Source: Podarcis melisellensis (lineage: Eukaryota). From it: DNA of 64,000 nucleotides. The number at the start of each line of letters is the position of its first letter. Position 1 is the stretch's first letter. Positions 26,657 through 55,100 of the stretch are shown piece by piece. Location of the stretch: assembly GCA_964234715.1 (NCBI GenBank), contig OZ174279.1, one strand, 5' to 3'. A program made the position numbers and the translations under genes. The notes under the pieces are model-generated. The model was not told the DNA's origin. It searched no databases and saw only the letters and a list, made by a program, of their open reading frames with translations.

Positions 26657-26855
26657 CAGTGGTGCCTGCCCTGTGGAACGCCCTCCCAGCAGATGTCAAG
26701 GCAATAAGCAACTATTTTACTTTTAAAAGACAACTGAAAGCTTCCCTGTTTAGGGAAGTTTTTAATATTTGATGCTGTATTGTTTTTAATATGCAGTTGA
26801 AAGCTGCCCAGAGTGGCTGGGGAATGAATGAATGAATGAATGAATGAATGAATAA
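26657..26855 (+). mobile_element. L2-type LINE 3' fragment with (GAAT)n tail
   Basis: gccctgtggaacgccctccc (LWNALP) ORF end followed by 3' UTR. Confidence 0.75.
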
Positions 26856-26857
26856 AT

Positions 26858-26901
<44 letters not shown>
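26822..26901. repeat. Compound (GAAT)n / (CTA)n microsatellite
   Basis: Direct reading. Confidence 0.95.
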
Positions 26902-26902
<1 letters not shown>

Positions 26903-29837
26903 ATTTTTACTTCATTTTTCCCTCCCCTTTCCCTCCTCATTCAGTTACTCCACTTTCCAGTTACGCAAATTCTGATTTGATAATTGAAAATCATATAGAG
27001 CTGAAAGAGGAAGTGAAAAAGAGCATTACTCTTCTAATTTTGTTCTTAAGTACTTTCGGAGGGGTGGTGGGGTGGTAATCACCCTCATCACAAAGCGGGT
27101 AGTGAGCCAGGGATATTGTGTGTCACATGGAGTATCACATTGGTCACTCCAGTTATGAACAAACATGGCAATTTAAAATCTTTTAAAATATTCTGAAATA
27201 CACAGTCCTCTGTTATAGGCAAATTGTTTGTAATGCATTTTATTAATATCAAACAAGTGCATGTAAATCTTACATAGCTGATCCTAAAACATTAAGCCAG
27301 TTCATTTTGTTCTTTACATTGCACCCAGAAACCCTCCTAATCAAAGCATTTCTTTGTTGAACATAGCCTCATTTTTTGCACTTTTAATTACTTCATTTTC
27401 ATTTTTATTACAACGATTACATGGCATTGAAACAACTCTGAAACACTTTTTCCTCTGGCTCTCAGAGAACTCATGAGTATCTTTCAGAATGTATTAGAGA
27501 AAAGCTTTAAATGGCCAGGATAAGCAAGGGTTTATTTTAGGAGTATGTGGTGTTCCTTGTTGATAGGGTGAGGTAAAAATCAAGTAAGTTAGTATGCTAC
27601 ATACAGGAAGCACAAATGACCAAGGTCTGCCACTCTAGAAGCATAAGCTTAGTGTAACTAAATCTTAGTGGTTTATGCAAGTTAGCTATGCCACAAGTTA
27701 TGTGGTAAGGTGAAAAAACACCAGATCATCAGCCAGTTGATCCCCAGGGAAAATTGCAACCTGGCTCCGGATATGGGTCATGAAAGCAGGATTTGCAGCT
27801 CTGCCAGCCTGCCTGCAATCTGATTCTTCAAGGAGGAAAAGAAAGTAAAAAATAAAATAATCTTAAAGGCATGGTCATTGTCTTAGGTTCTTACACTTGG
27901 TCCTAGATAAACTCCTCATCCCTTATATATAATCAGCTTAATTTTGGATACTTGGGTCCTTTTAGCCCTGTTGTTTTTGGGCCATCAGAAGTCAAATGCC
28001 CACACATCTAGGAGAATGTCCAGTAATGTTAACTATTACTGGTGTGGGGACCCCATATTTGACAGTCTTTTGTGCTGATATGTGTGAGTTCACACATTTG
28101 ACAATGTCTTGCACCCAAGGAAAGCCTTGGGCTGGATGTGATTCAATGCCACCTTGTTGAGGACACTGTCCTGGATCTGTGGGTATATGATTTATGGTGC
28201 CCAAAAATATTTTGGGGTCACACACAAAGTTTCTTAGTCATTCCTACGTTCTTGGACTTATATTTGGCATGTGAATGCTATATTTTGACACTGACTTGCA
28301 CTTAAGGAAAATGTTGGGCTGGATGCAAAAACCATCTTATAAAAGAAATTTGACTGCTTATTTTGGGATGATTCAAAACTTACGACGGGGCGTACAGCCC
28401 AACTTATTAATTTTTTAATTGTTATCTGAGGTCATTGTGCATTCATGACCATTACACATGCACAACAATTTTGACTGGGGAAAATTATTCTGGAACTGAA
28501 AGAAGACAATCTGCCAGTCATGGAAACGTGATTCAGGGATATAAAAACTTTAGGTCACTTTTTAAAAAGGTTTTCTAAATGAGAATCGATTCTGTGATTC
28601 TGTGACAATATTGAGGGCTGTGTACAGTCTGAAATGACATAAAGCAAATGTAAAATCAATACAATAAAAGCTGAAGACTTTTTGAAACAGCAACACTATC
28701 CGAGACCTAAAGGCTAAAATATTCATTGAGACTTTTAAAAGAAGCTTTAGGTGGAGATATTCTGGACAACTATTATATACTCTGGGCATAGCCCAACATT
28801 GAATATACATCAGTTGCTGAATCCACAGATAGGCTATTCCATTGCAATGGTTCTATTTCTTGTAGTGAGGAAGCTGCTTTGTTTCTTCATTACTAAGAAG
28901 TCACAGATGTGTGAAAAGTAGGCCACAGGTCGAAGGCTGCATGCCCCCTGCATGCGCAAATTGAAAGTGACAGACACCTCTATGCTCTGCCAGTAATTTG
29001 CCTCCATGTTAAATGCCTATGAAGCAGTAATTAAAATGAAAAGTTTTTGGGTCCTGCCAACAGACAGATTGAGTTATTTATGGTAGAAGCAGCCACTAAC
29101 AGTAATTGCAGCACATCCTTGAACAAATACAAGTTTTTTCATTCAAGAATAGCGCCAGGCTGACAGGGGTCAGGAGGTCAAGCCCACTCAAACAAGAGGC
29201 CAAAGAAAGGCAAAATCAGTGTTCTGTTCATCTTAACACAGAATCTGTATTGTCTATATTAACTACCTAGGTGTCCAAATTGCTGTTTATTCCTCTGAGA
29301 CCTAGTTAGGCCCTATTAATCATTTCAAAAACATCACTGTGAGATTACTAAAAGCTGCTACATTTTAATATATCCATGTTTGCCCACTTTGTTTCTGAAG
29401 TGTACTTCAAAATGGTAGAGCAAATTTCTACTGCCTTCCTTTTTATGCAGTTGAGCAAACATTGGAAAAGTGTTTTCTAGACAGCTTTGTATTTAAAGAA
29501 AAATCTTTTTTCTAGTAGATATTTGTGCACTGTTGTGTTAGAATGGAATTATTATCATACTTTTAAAATGTTAAGTTCTACAGCAATTTCACATTTTTAG
29601 CTACATAGTTGTCAACTATTAATTTTAAAATGTTGTATAGTTATCCAATGGATTAAAATACAAATAGGTCATATTTTAGTCTTTTAAATATATTTGTGTA
29701 TGTTTTATCACTTCAAGCTTTTACTGTACTGTATCTTGTCCATTTGATACCCCCCTCCCGTTTTCAGGGTTTGGGGAATTTGCATAATTTTATTCATCTG
29801 TTCAAAAATGCAATTTTGTTTCATTTCTTTTTTCCAG

Positions 29838-29984
29838 AAAACAAATTGGAATAATTAAACCATTGCTTCAACTGGCCACCAAGTCTTCTAGCAGATTTTG
29901 CTAAACAGTCCAGCTTAGAACTTGTCAAGCAGCAGGGCAATTTGCCAAAGTTGACAGTGCACAGGAAGGATTTATATTCGAACA
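29838..29984 (+). other. BMPR1A: BMPR1A 5' UTR part of first coding exon
   Basis: Acceptor tttcttttttccag ends at 29837, 147 nt upstream of the ATG. Confidence 0.8.
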
Positions 29985-44995
<15,011 letters not shown>

Positions 44996-47900
44996 CCAAG
45001 AAATAACATTGGACTGCTATGCCTCTTCACTCAAGCAAGTATAGGGTCTGGTGGGATGGGGCTGGGTCTGATTTTTCAGCCCCCTTCCTCACCACTTTTA
45101 CAGGCTGCTAATATTAAATCTTTCAGTACTTTGTAGAAAATGGTATCCACGTACACTATATGGTATACATGTGGATAGCCTCATTTTACTTTTTTTGTTT
45201 TTGTTTTGAGCTGCGTTGAGATTTTCTTCACACTTTCAAACTCCCCTAAAACTCATTGAGTTCTGAATTTCATATTCAGATGATAGTGCTTTCTGTGAAA
45301 GCCGTAAGTTAAATCAATTAAACAGCGGAGGTGGGGGGAATAAGCTTTTTGCCTACCTGATGATACCTTATCAAGTCTTGGTGGATTAGCCTGCAGTCTG
45401 GGGTACTAAATAATTTGGAAATTCCTTATGCCGTTTATGGTTTTGTGTGGGCATGCCAGGATTTTTCTGATGCCATTTGGAGTACCTAAGAAGCCATTTA
45501 ATTTCATGCAAAACTACTATTTTCTTTTGCAATGCCTTGGCTCAGCATATGGAACCTATTTGGATTTCAAAGAAAATCAATTTCTGCCTTCCTCTGTGCT
45601 GCATGGAAAAATTATATACGTTTCATGACCAAAAACCAAAATGGCTACTATAAACCTATGCAGTAAGTCACCATCAAGTGTGATGTGAAGAACAGTCCAG
45701 AATACAATTCATACTCCCAGTGCTATGAATTCCCCAAAGACTGAGCACACAACATGGAACAGTTAAACGTCTCCGATAATTTAAGTGCCTGTAATCTTGT
45801 ACTGTAAACTGTATCTTAGCTAGCTTTTTAAAAGGGAAGTTATTTATATAGTGTTCAGTGTACTTTTATTTGCTACATACCTGCTCTTTTGTATATGTGT
45901 AAACATAACATACTCACATCTGAAAATAATGAAACTTAATAATCATATTCAAGGTGAATGTGACTTGCAGAAATGTTGGATAGTCTGTCAAAGTATGTGC
46001 ATGGATACTACAAAGATATAAAAATTTCCCTTTTAGAGGCATTCATTAAGACCCTTAATGCAATATTAGAGTGAATTCAAATAAATGTGAGGATGTGTTA
46101 AAATTTTGTTCTATAGGTTGCAAACAGTAAACGGTCAGGCAAAGGATTGCAGTATTTTTTTTTAATTTATAGATGTACAAATCTTATTTAACATTTCCTT
46201 AAATCATTGCTTTTTCAGTGATGCCTTTAAAGTATTAGTATCAGCTGAACAGTTCACGGGATACATAAGCTATAAATTAATTTATTTTGAATGCAGCAAG
46301 TCACAGACAATATTGTGCCACGGATCTTGAGCAAAGGTGTGTCATTTCTTTTCCGTCCAGTACCAGGAAAGCAATCGGGCTGACGTTCTAAAATGTCTTT
46401 TTGTTTTGTTTTGCACAGGTAGCTGGTAAATATTTGCCATAAGTCAAATTATTACACTAGAGTACTGCTTTCAGGGAACGCTTTCCACTGTTAACTGACA
46501 TGTTTAAGAACTTCTGCATGGATTGCTGTTTGTCACAGAGTATTTTGAAGATTCAAGAATTGTTTGTAGGTACACTCAGTCCACTTGCTGGGCCTGTTTG
46601 GCCTCAATATTACATTCTTGTAAGCCGAGTATATACTCTAGGACACTTTCAGCTATCCACTATGTCTCTGGATAGCAGAGGAAGATCAGTAGTGGTAGAC
46701 AAGTGGTCTCAGAAAGCCTGTCTGCTTTTACTGATCATCTTGAGGCACCTCTGACGTAATCCTTTGAGGAACCCCAGGATTCCTGGGAGTGCAGATTGAA
46801 AACTGATATAGGCTATATTAAAATACAATGTTAACAAATATATGTTTACAAGTTTTGTCAGAATAGTTGGTGAGGTGTATATTTTCCATTATCCAGAATG
46901 GAATATTTGTTTTCTTGTTTTAAGTGCCATGTAAATTGGGTAGCTTTTTTAGTGGTGCATTATATGCTGACATTTAATTTTAATATTGACTTGAGAATCT
47001 AAAATAAAGCAAATGCCAATACTATCTCAGAGCCACTGGGTTGCATTCAAATTAAGTTATTTGCACTTAAGCCACATTTTCTCCCAATGAGAACTAACTT
47101 AGTAATGACTAACTTTTCACACTGAATTCAGTGGAACCTAAGTTTAACTAACATGGTTTGGATTTAGTCCATTGTTCCTAGAGTCCAGGCATATCTATGG
47201 GCTGGCATTCCACTTTCTAATTGGAAGCGCCACATTCCTTCCAGCTATGCAATTAGTAGAAATGAAATTTGCCTCAAAAAGACTTGAGAGTGTTAAACAA
47301 GTTTTGAAATAATTTCCTTCCAAAATTTAGTACCATTAACATAATGTTTATGAAAAGTCTTGTTCTTTTAGCTAACTCAACTGTGACCTTTGCTAATTTT
47401 CTCTTCTTGATTTCATCACATGGGAGTAAGATTCAAAATCTCATTTACTAAAGTAAATTTTATTTTTGATCTCTTGCCCTCTCCACCCCTTGGCAATTTT
47501 ACATAAGAGCAAGGGGAGAAATTGTACTTCTTCATGGTACTAATCATTCTGTGTCCATGTTTCTTTGGATCCCTTCTACCAGCCCTAGAATGTCCCACCA
47601 ATTTTGGGGTTTGTTTTTTAAGGGCATCTTTAACACCTCTGTAGATCACCTTGTGCTTGGAAGTCATTTGTTGCACTCATACTAATTCAGCAGTTGTAAA
47701 AATGTTTGACTAAGTCATGATTGTAAATTAATTTTCAATTGGGAGTAGATGCAAGTAGCAATTCTGCTATATGGCTGCACTTGATGTGTGGTAGAATCCT
47801 TCTTACTACTTGGTGGCCAAACAGCCTCACATATGAGCTTCTGCAGTGTGGTTTTATCTCCAGGCTACCACCAAATATTCCTGGTGGCAGCTTGCAGACA

Positions 47901-50030
47901 AATGACATATATCTCATTCACCTGGTGAGCCAATACAACGTGAAGGATGTGGCCACTCCCAGAGGCATTTTCAAGTGGCCATGACATCACAGCCAAAGAG
48001 TGAGAAGTGACCTTAAATGTGGCAAAATTGAATTATACCATTGTCAAAAGAATTGGTATGTTTTTCAACATTATTGCCTTATCATAATGCCAACAGACTC
48101 ATTTCAGACTTTTTCATGCTAATGTTATCTTTTATTAGACTACGTTTAGTATGTATGTGTGTCAAGTCTTTAAAAACACATGCTTGCTTATGTCTTCCAT
48201 TGTGTACTATACACACTAGTTCATCAACAGCGCATTTGTGCCTTGGAAGTATGCCTTTTTGAAATAATTTCCCACTTGCAAATGAATGGGTAGCTTGAAG
48301 CTTTGAGAGTATCATGAAAGTTAGATTAATGAAAAGTATAATGGTTTGATTGCTCCCTTGTTCCTTGTGAAGCAAACTTTTCAACTCTCCCTCTTTTTTT
48401 AAGGTAGCTGTGCCACCCTTGGGAATTTGAAAGCAGCAGGGGCAGCTCCATTTAAGCCTGTGAGGAAGGTTGGTTAGTGTTAAGAAATTAACCCAAATGC
48501 TGAATGTATTTTGCAGTAAGGAATACTAGAGGAACGAGAATGAATGGAAATCTCCCCTTGGAATTCCGTTTGCTTGTTTTCTAAAATATTCCTGAAAGCC
48601 AATATTGTAATTAAATTGGGTGGCGTTTTCAGCTCTGCAGTATATTTTTCTCCCATAAACCATTGTCATCTGAGAGAACTTACTAATTATCTAATAACAA
48701 TCAGCCAAGACTATTGGTATATATTTTGAGTATCACACTTTTTTTAAAAAAAAGCAAAAAGCCATCATTTCAATAAGTTCTGGCTAGTGCCATAAAAAAA
48801 CCAAACCTATTTGCTTCTTATGCCATAAAAATGCCTACCTCCATAAATACATTTCCTGAGTGGCTGCTGTCACCTGTTGCTTGATGTAACACCTTCATAT
48901 TCCAAGAATCAGCTTCTTTATGAACCCATAACGCCAGTTTGTGTCACTAACAGCATCGGTTTCCCATGTCTATTTTGATAAATGCTTTCTCCTGATACTC
49001 TTCTCAGCTCTAAACATTATTTGTCATTGGCCTCATGACACTACTGTCATTGCATCTGTACCTTTCCAGTGCATGGGAAACAGACTTTTCCGTTTCCCCC
49101 ATACACTTGTGAGCACTACAACTCTGTTTAAATAGAGTAACTTGACACACTACAAATTTGTAGGTTGCCTTCTTCAGTAATGCTGTCTGACATCAAGGTG
49201 TGATCTGAAATACTAGAACAAAATTTATTATTTTCATGCTGCATACTAATTTAAATACCGAGTCTTCTGCCCAGTTTCAATGTGAGTGGACTCAGATTTG
49301 GCTGGTCTTTTAGAAAAGTAATTATGTACCCTTTGCCTCGTCTTGTGATGGTAGCTATTGTTGGCCTAGTCATTCATATTGAATCCTGATCACTTAAATC
49401 ATGTCTCCAAAACCCATTTTGGTGGATTGCAGAAGTTTGTAGAAAAAGAGACGGGACAGGTCACCAGACACTTCTCTACTACAAGCCTCAGTAAAATAAA
49501 AGGGAGATTGTTGTGTAAACAGGAGTGTTCTTTCACAACTCCCACTCATTCTAAACTGGTGTTAAAATTTCTGGTGGATTGTGCCCAAAATGAAAGACTT
49601 GTTTCTTGTATCAAATGTGGAATTAACAATACTTCAAATGATCATCTCATTGAACAATTGCCTTGTTTGTATAGTACCCCTGAATGCAATATAGATGCCC
49701 ACATACTGTATTCATGTTTTGTGCTCTGACTTACCCATGCCCAATATAAAAATGTACTATATTGTATACAGAAAGAATAATGTAGCTAACCTATAGAAGA
49801 TGTAAATAAAAAGGAGAGGGTGAAAGAAGCAGTATGATTATACTCATTTTGTTATATATATACCACAAGTTTAGAATGTTTTTTAATTGTAACAGGCTAA
49901 GTGTCTTTTTGTACAGCATCTGATTTAAAAGGTGCCTTAAGTTTACCATGAATTGCTTTGTTCTGTACACAAATTTATGTCAATGTATCATTTTTAAGTA
50001 AATAACCTTATTTTAGTAAACATTAGTAAT
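44996..50030 (+). other. BMPR1A: BMPR1A 3' UTR (end uncertain), several candidate poly(A) signals
   Basis: About 5 kb largely free of recognisable TEs. AATAAA at 46080, 47003, 49495 and 49805, AGTAAA at 49997, TGTA-rich distal end. Confidence 0.55.
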
Positions 50031-50147
50031 ATATTTGTTTGTTAACCGTTGCATATTGGTGATCAACCATCCGCACACATGGTCATATGCTTTGCCTTTA
50101 AAATCAGTGCTGAAGATCATGTCTCCCAAGTAATTTGTACTGAAGTA

Positions 50148-50383
50148 CAGTCGTACCTTGGAAGTCAAACGGAGTCCATTCGACTTCCAAAACATTCAAA
50201 ACCAAAGCATGGCTTCTGATTGGCTGCAGGAAGCTCCTGCAGCCAATCGGAAGCTGTGGAAGCTCCATCAGATGTTCAGGCTCCAAAGAGCATTCGCAAA
50301 CCAGAACACTTACTTCCGTGTTTGTGGCGTTCGGGAGCCAAAACGTCCAAGTACCAAGGCATTCGGGATCCAAGGTACAACTA
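50148..50383. mobile_element. Tc1/mariner-pogo-type MITE between the convergent 3' ends
   Basis: CAGTCGTACCTTGGA...TCCAAGGTACAACTA, TA TSD, internal 14-bp hairpin. Confidence 0.85.
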
Positions 50384-51049
50384 TACAAAATAATAATTGC
50401 TTCCTTACGTCATTTTTTCCTGGTAACTTTTCAGATGCACCAAAAGTGGAGCCCCAGGCATTGATCATTCACTGATTCTGTGTGTTTTTAAAGTAAAACA
50501 GGTCATTCATAATTGCAACAATGTGCACTCCTATGCATTCAAACCAGGGTCCAAAATACCTTGTGAGAAGTTTCCCTCCACCATTCTACAAGAAAAATCT
50601 GTTGAAACTGAGTGCAGAATTATACTTCGTACACAGCATCAGGCTGCTGTTAAAAATGTTACCCCTTCTGTTTTGTTCTTCCATCTCCCCTGTAGCATGT
50701 GAGACTGCTTACCTCAAGTTGTGCATTACTTTCGTGCATAAACCTTAGGATTCCCCTGTCTGCTGAACCTTTTTCTGTAGCATTTATAAAACAAACCACA
50801 CACATAGTTTAGTAAACTAATGTAGAGTCACATTTATCTTTCTGCAGTTTTGGAACTTAGCTGGAATCATGCATATGAGGAGTTTTATTCAAAATAATTT
50901 GGCCTTGAAATAATCATTTGATGTCCAGTATTTGCACATCTACATGAAACTGGGTTAAATGCTTATCAGTGGAAGCTTTATGATTCCTGCACTTGAACTA
51001 TTAAAATGTGCAAAGCAAAACTACAGCCAGGTATACAAAACAAAGAGTA

Positions 51050-51055
51050 TTTATT
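51050..51055 (-). promoter_or_regulatory. Candidate MMRN2 poly(A) signal AATAAA
   Basis: tttatt on plus, about 680 nt after the stop, followed on minus by GT/T-rich tttgttttgt. Alternatives at 50884 and 51724. Confidence 0.55.
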
Positions 51056-51731
51056 GAGAATGTACGCAAAGTGATACAGTTCTCGTAAGTATAGACACCA
51101 TAATTTCATAACACTTTAGGAATAGAAATGCCTCATTTTGTTCACCTGAAAGTCCCTCCTGTGTGTTTTCTGATATCGCTTCCATGACAGAGAATGTCAC
51201 CATGCCAGTTTTTTTTTTTTTAAATGTAGGAGGGCCTGTCCTGTATTTTTTTATATAAAAAAATAAATCTTGAAATGAATGATTTTCCACTGGAAACTTA
51301 TATCCGGTGAAGAATGAACAATGTTCTTATAAATAAGACAAGAGGAAGAATAGAATCAAATGCATGATAAACTATCAAAGGGATGGAGCAGGAAAAACCT
51401 GGGGCTTCCTGATATTTCCCATAATCCCTGACTGATCATGGCTAGGGCCAAGAAGAGTTGGGAGTCCAGGAGCAGCTGAAGGCCACAAGTGACCCATCCT
51501 TGCTCTAACGTCTTTCATAAAGCTTTTGCAACATACAAACTCCATTTCTTCTTCATTTGTGACACTGCTAAGCAACGACTGAACTATTTCTAGGAAGCAG
51601 CACTGAGGCGAATCAAGAGCTGGGACTACATTTAAAAGTGCACACAGCAAAACTCGCCGTCTTTGGGCTAGTACAGGTTAGCCGTGTGTGTATAGGAAAG
51701 TATCATTTATGACTTTGGGACCTTTTATTTT

Positions 51732-52111
51732 TCAAGTTTTGAATATCAGAAATCCCGCCATGCTTAATCCAGCTGGGTTCTGCTTCGCTCCAGTGCCCTG
51801 CACCAGTTCAAACCACATGAGCTCACCCTTCTTGAGCTCCACAAGTGCAAAAGTAGCCAGAGAGCCTCCACTTGCCTTTCTCTTTTTGGTGTCGATGAGC
51901 GTCATTCTTTGCCGGTTGCTGAAGACCAGTTGCCCCAAGGCTGGTCCTGGTGCAAGCTCCACGCTGATGGCAACAAGGTAAACCCCAGTATGAGGAGACT
52001 TGAAGTAGCCGTGTTCAGGGAAATAACCCCCTCCGTAATTAAGATATGTTCCATTGAGGCTCAGCTCTCCTCTGGCTTCCGAATACCTCACATAAAAGGC
52101 CACATATGTAC
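51732..52111 (-). CDS. MMRN2: MMRN2 last exon, C1q domain
   Basis: VAFY...[22 protein letters not shown]...[12 protein letters not shown]...GFLIFKT-stop. Confidence 0.96.
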
Positions 52112-55100
52112 CTAGATGGGGGAGAGGGAGAGTTTACATACAGTGCATACAGTTATCCAAAGTCCCAGAACATTTCCAGTTTATCGGGCAAGATGCTTTC
52201 AAGTGTCTCCCAGCCAGGCGTTGAAGTGAGCTTCCATCTCAAAAACAAGGTAAGTCTTCCATTTCCCCAAACTCTTCCCTGCTTGGATATTGAGTACAGC
52301 TGGAGAATTCCTGGATTTGCCACTGCCGCCTCCTCACATTACAAAGCCACCCCTGCCCCACATCCCCCCTTTTGCCAGGTACTGGGATGAGGCAAGAGGA
52401 GAATGTTTGGGGAGGCAAGAGTGGAGGTATTTTTATTTCCCTCCATGACTAGGTGTTTGGGCTTACAGGAGCGGTAGTTGCTCTAAGGGCTTTTGTAACG
52501 TGAAAAACTACATATTCCATGGCACACTGTTGGCAACTATGACAGGATAATGGTTTTGGGGAGGAGGGGCTCTTCGTGTGCATTTGTTATAGCTGCCACT
52601 TGATGAAGAGGGGATGTTGGGGGGGGGGCAGTGGGGTGGCGAGACCATCTTACCAAATCTGCAGGTTGGCTCTGGAATTTTGTATGGGTTTTCCCAGTTG
52701 TCAAAATGCTGAAACACACTTTTCTAGACCACAGCTCAGGGAAAACAAAACAAAAGCACCATTCTGCCAGGAGATGGAGCTACACGGTAATTCAACGAGC
52801 AAACTAATTCAAGAAACCACTGTTGAGTTCTGTACCTCTTTAGCACAAACTCCCTGAGTTATTTTCTTCACCGTTTTACATAATTGGCCATCTTACGGCA
52901 CCCGTGCCGCCCTTTCAGGAAATACAGTAGTTCAAAACAATTCAAGTGGAAACTAAGGTTCGTTTGGCTAGGATAGGACTTTAAAATACTCAGTATTATC
53001 CTTGCTCCCATTTGTGAAACTTGCTGACAATATCTTATGTGCCCTTTTGTTCCATGCAAACCCACCCCGTAAGCCATTTATAAATCCCATTGAATTTTGT
53101 TGCAGAGTTTTGCCAGCATGTGGCATGGCAAAAGTGGCACTCCTATAGAAGAGGGAATTTCAACAAATTCTAAATACCTACTTATTTTCTTTCTGTGCAA
53201 TGGATTACCTACTTTCCACGCTCCAAGCAAACTCTGGTTTAAATTGAAAACGCTCTTTTGATGCTAAGCTTCAGAAAGTGCTGGCATCATAATGGCTCTT
53301 GTGCCTTTGTTAGGACGTGTTCCGTCAAAATTCAGAGCGTAGCGGACTAAATGTTCTCTTCTGTACTTATTGACAGGACTGGCTTGATGGAGTCCAGAAG
53401 CTTCCTGATCAATAGTTCAGAATATGAGTGGAGTTTGCCGAGAGGAAATGTGAAATAGATCTAGAAGTTCCTGTGGACATGCAGCTGCCCAAAGTGGCTG
53501 AGGCAACTCAGCCAGATGGGTGGGGTATTATCATCATAATCAACAACAATATCATATGCTTTAATGCAATTGAAATTTAAGAAGTTTTCTTATGCTAGGT
53601 CAGGTTATTTGTCTGCCAGGGATGGGGGAATCTTTGGCCCATTGTATGTTGCTAGACTCCAACTCTCATCATTCCTGACCATTTGGCCATGCTAGCTGGG
53701 GCTGATAGGAGCTGGAGTCCAGCAGCACATGGAGGGTCCCAGGGCTCCCTGCCCTTGGCCAAGCCCACAACTGCCTACTCAGACTGGCAGCAGCTGTTCA
53801 TGGGTATGAACTAGTTCTTTTCTAACCAGGGCTTCCCATGCTGTAGAACACCCTTCCAGCAGAGATTCAGCAGGCATCTCTTGGAGACTTCCTTTATGCT
53901 GTCCCTTGCATACCCAACAATTTCATCAAATTGCTTTTAGATATTTCTATGGTATTGTGCACCACCCTGATGTTTGGCGAGAGGGCAGTATATAAATACT
54001 TTTATAAGTACAGTGGGACCTTGGTTGTTGAACTTAATACATTCTGGGAGTCCGACTCCCAGAACCATTAGAAAACCAAGAGGCGGCTTCGATTGGCTGC
54101 AGGAGCTTCCTGCACTCAATTGGAAGTTTGGCTTCCAAAAAATGTTCGCAAACTGGAACACTTCCTTCCGGGTTTGCGGCGTTTGGGAGCCGCTTTGTTT
54201 GGGAGCCAAGCCGTTCGGCAACCTAGGTACCACTGTCAATGAAATATTTACACTTCTTTTGCATCACCCTGGAACATATTGATGGAGGGTAGTTAAGAAA
54301 TATTTGAAATATAATAAACTTCCCCAAGCTGGTTGGGCCTGATCTCCAAAACATCTAGAGAGCCTCAGGTGGGTAGATCATGATGAGGTTATTATAGGCG
54401 GTTGATGGAAGAAACGTACCTGTCTCCGGGATCTCTGCATGTATCTTGTTTCTTCCGTTTAAGGTACCTTCCCTACGACTGCTGGCTTCTTTCTTGTCTC
54501 TCATTTTTTGCCCCTCTTGAAGCTGCTTCCTCATCCTCCTGCCCACCAGCGACTGAATCTTTGTGACATCCAAGCTTACATTTGCAGCGGCTAATTCCTT
54601 GTTGCTTCCAAACAGCTTTTGAAAGATCTGCAGGTGCTCTTCAAGGATTTGCTGGGCTGACACAAGGTCTTCCCTCAAATTCTCCACTGAGCCACTGAGT
54701 GGTTCCACTAGGCTGGCTATGGTGTAATTACAGCAGAAATTGGCATGATCCCTCTGCAACTTATATTTATGCATCTCCCTGCTGAGGTGCCCAATCTCTT
54801 TCTTCAGAGTCATGATATCGTGATATGCTGGGTTATCCAGAGCATCCTCCATGGCAGCTTCATGGTTTGGCTCCATGTGTTCCACTCCACTGCGTTGGGT
54901 GGTAACCTCCTGCACTGTGTCCTCTGTTTTCCTTTCCAACATAGGATGCTTAAGAGATATATGGACATTGGGGTTGTCTCCATGGTCCATCATCTCCAAA
55001 GAGTGAATTGTCTTCATAAGATATTCCAGTGTATAATTTTGCTCCTTGAGTTCGTCAGAGATTAGCCTGATAGTCTTTTGAAGCTGCTCTATGGATAATT

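Noticed and set aside
26581-27078. Poly-Ser and poly-Thr ORFs
   Set aside because: Translations of the (CTA)n and (GAAT)n microsatellites.
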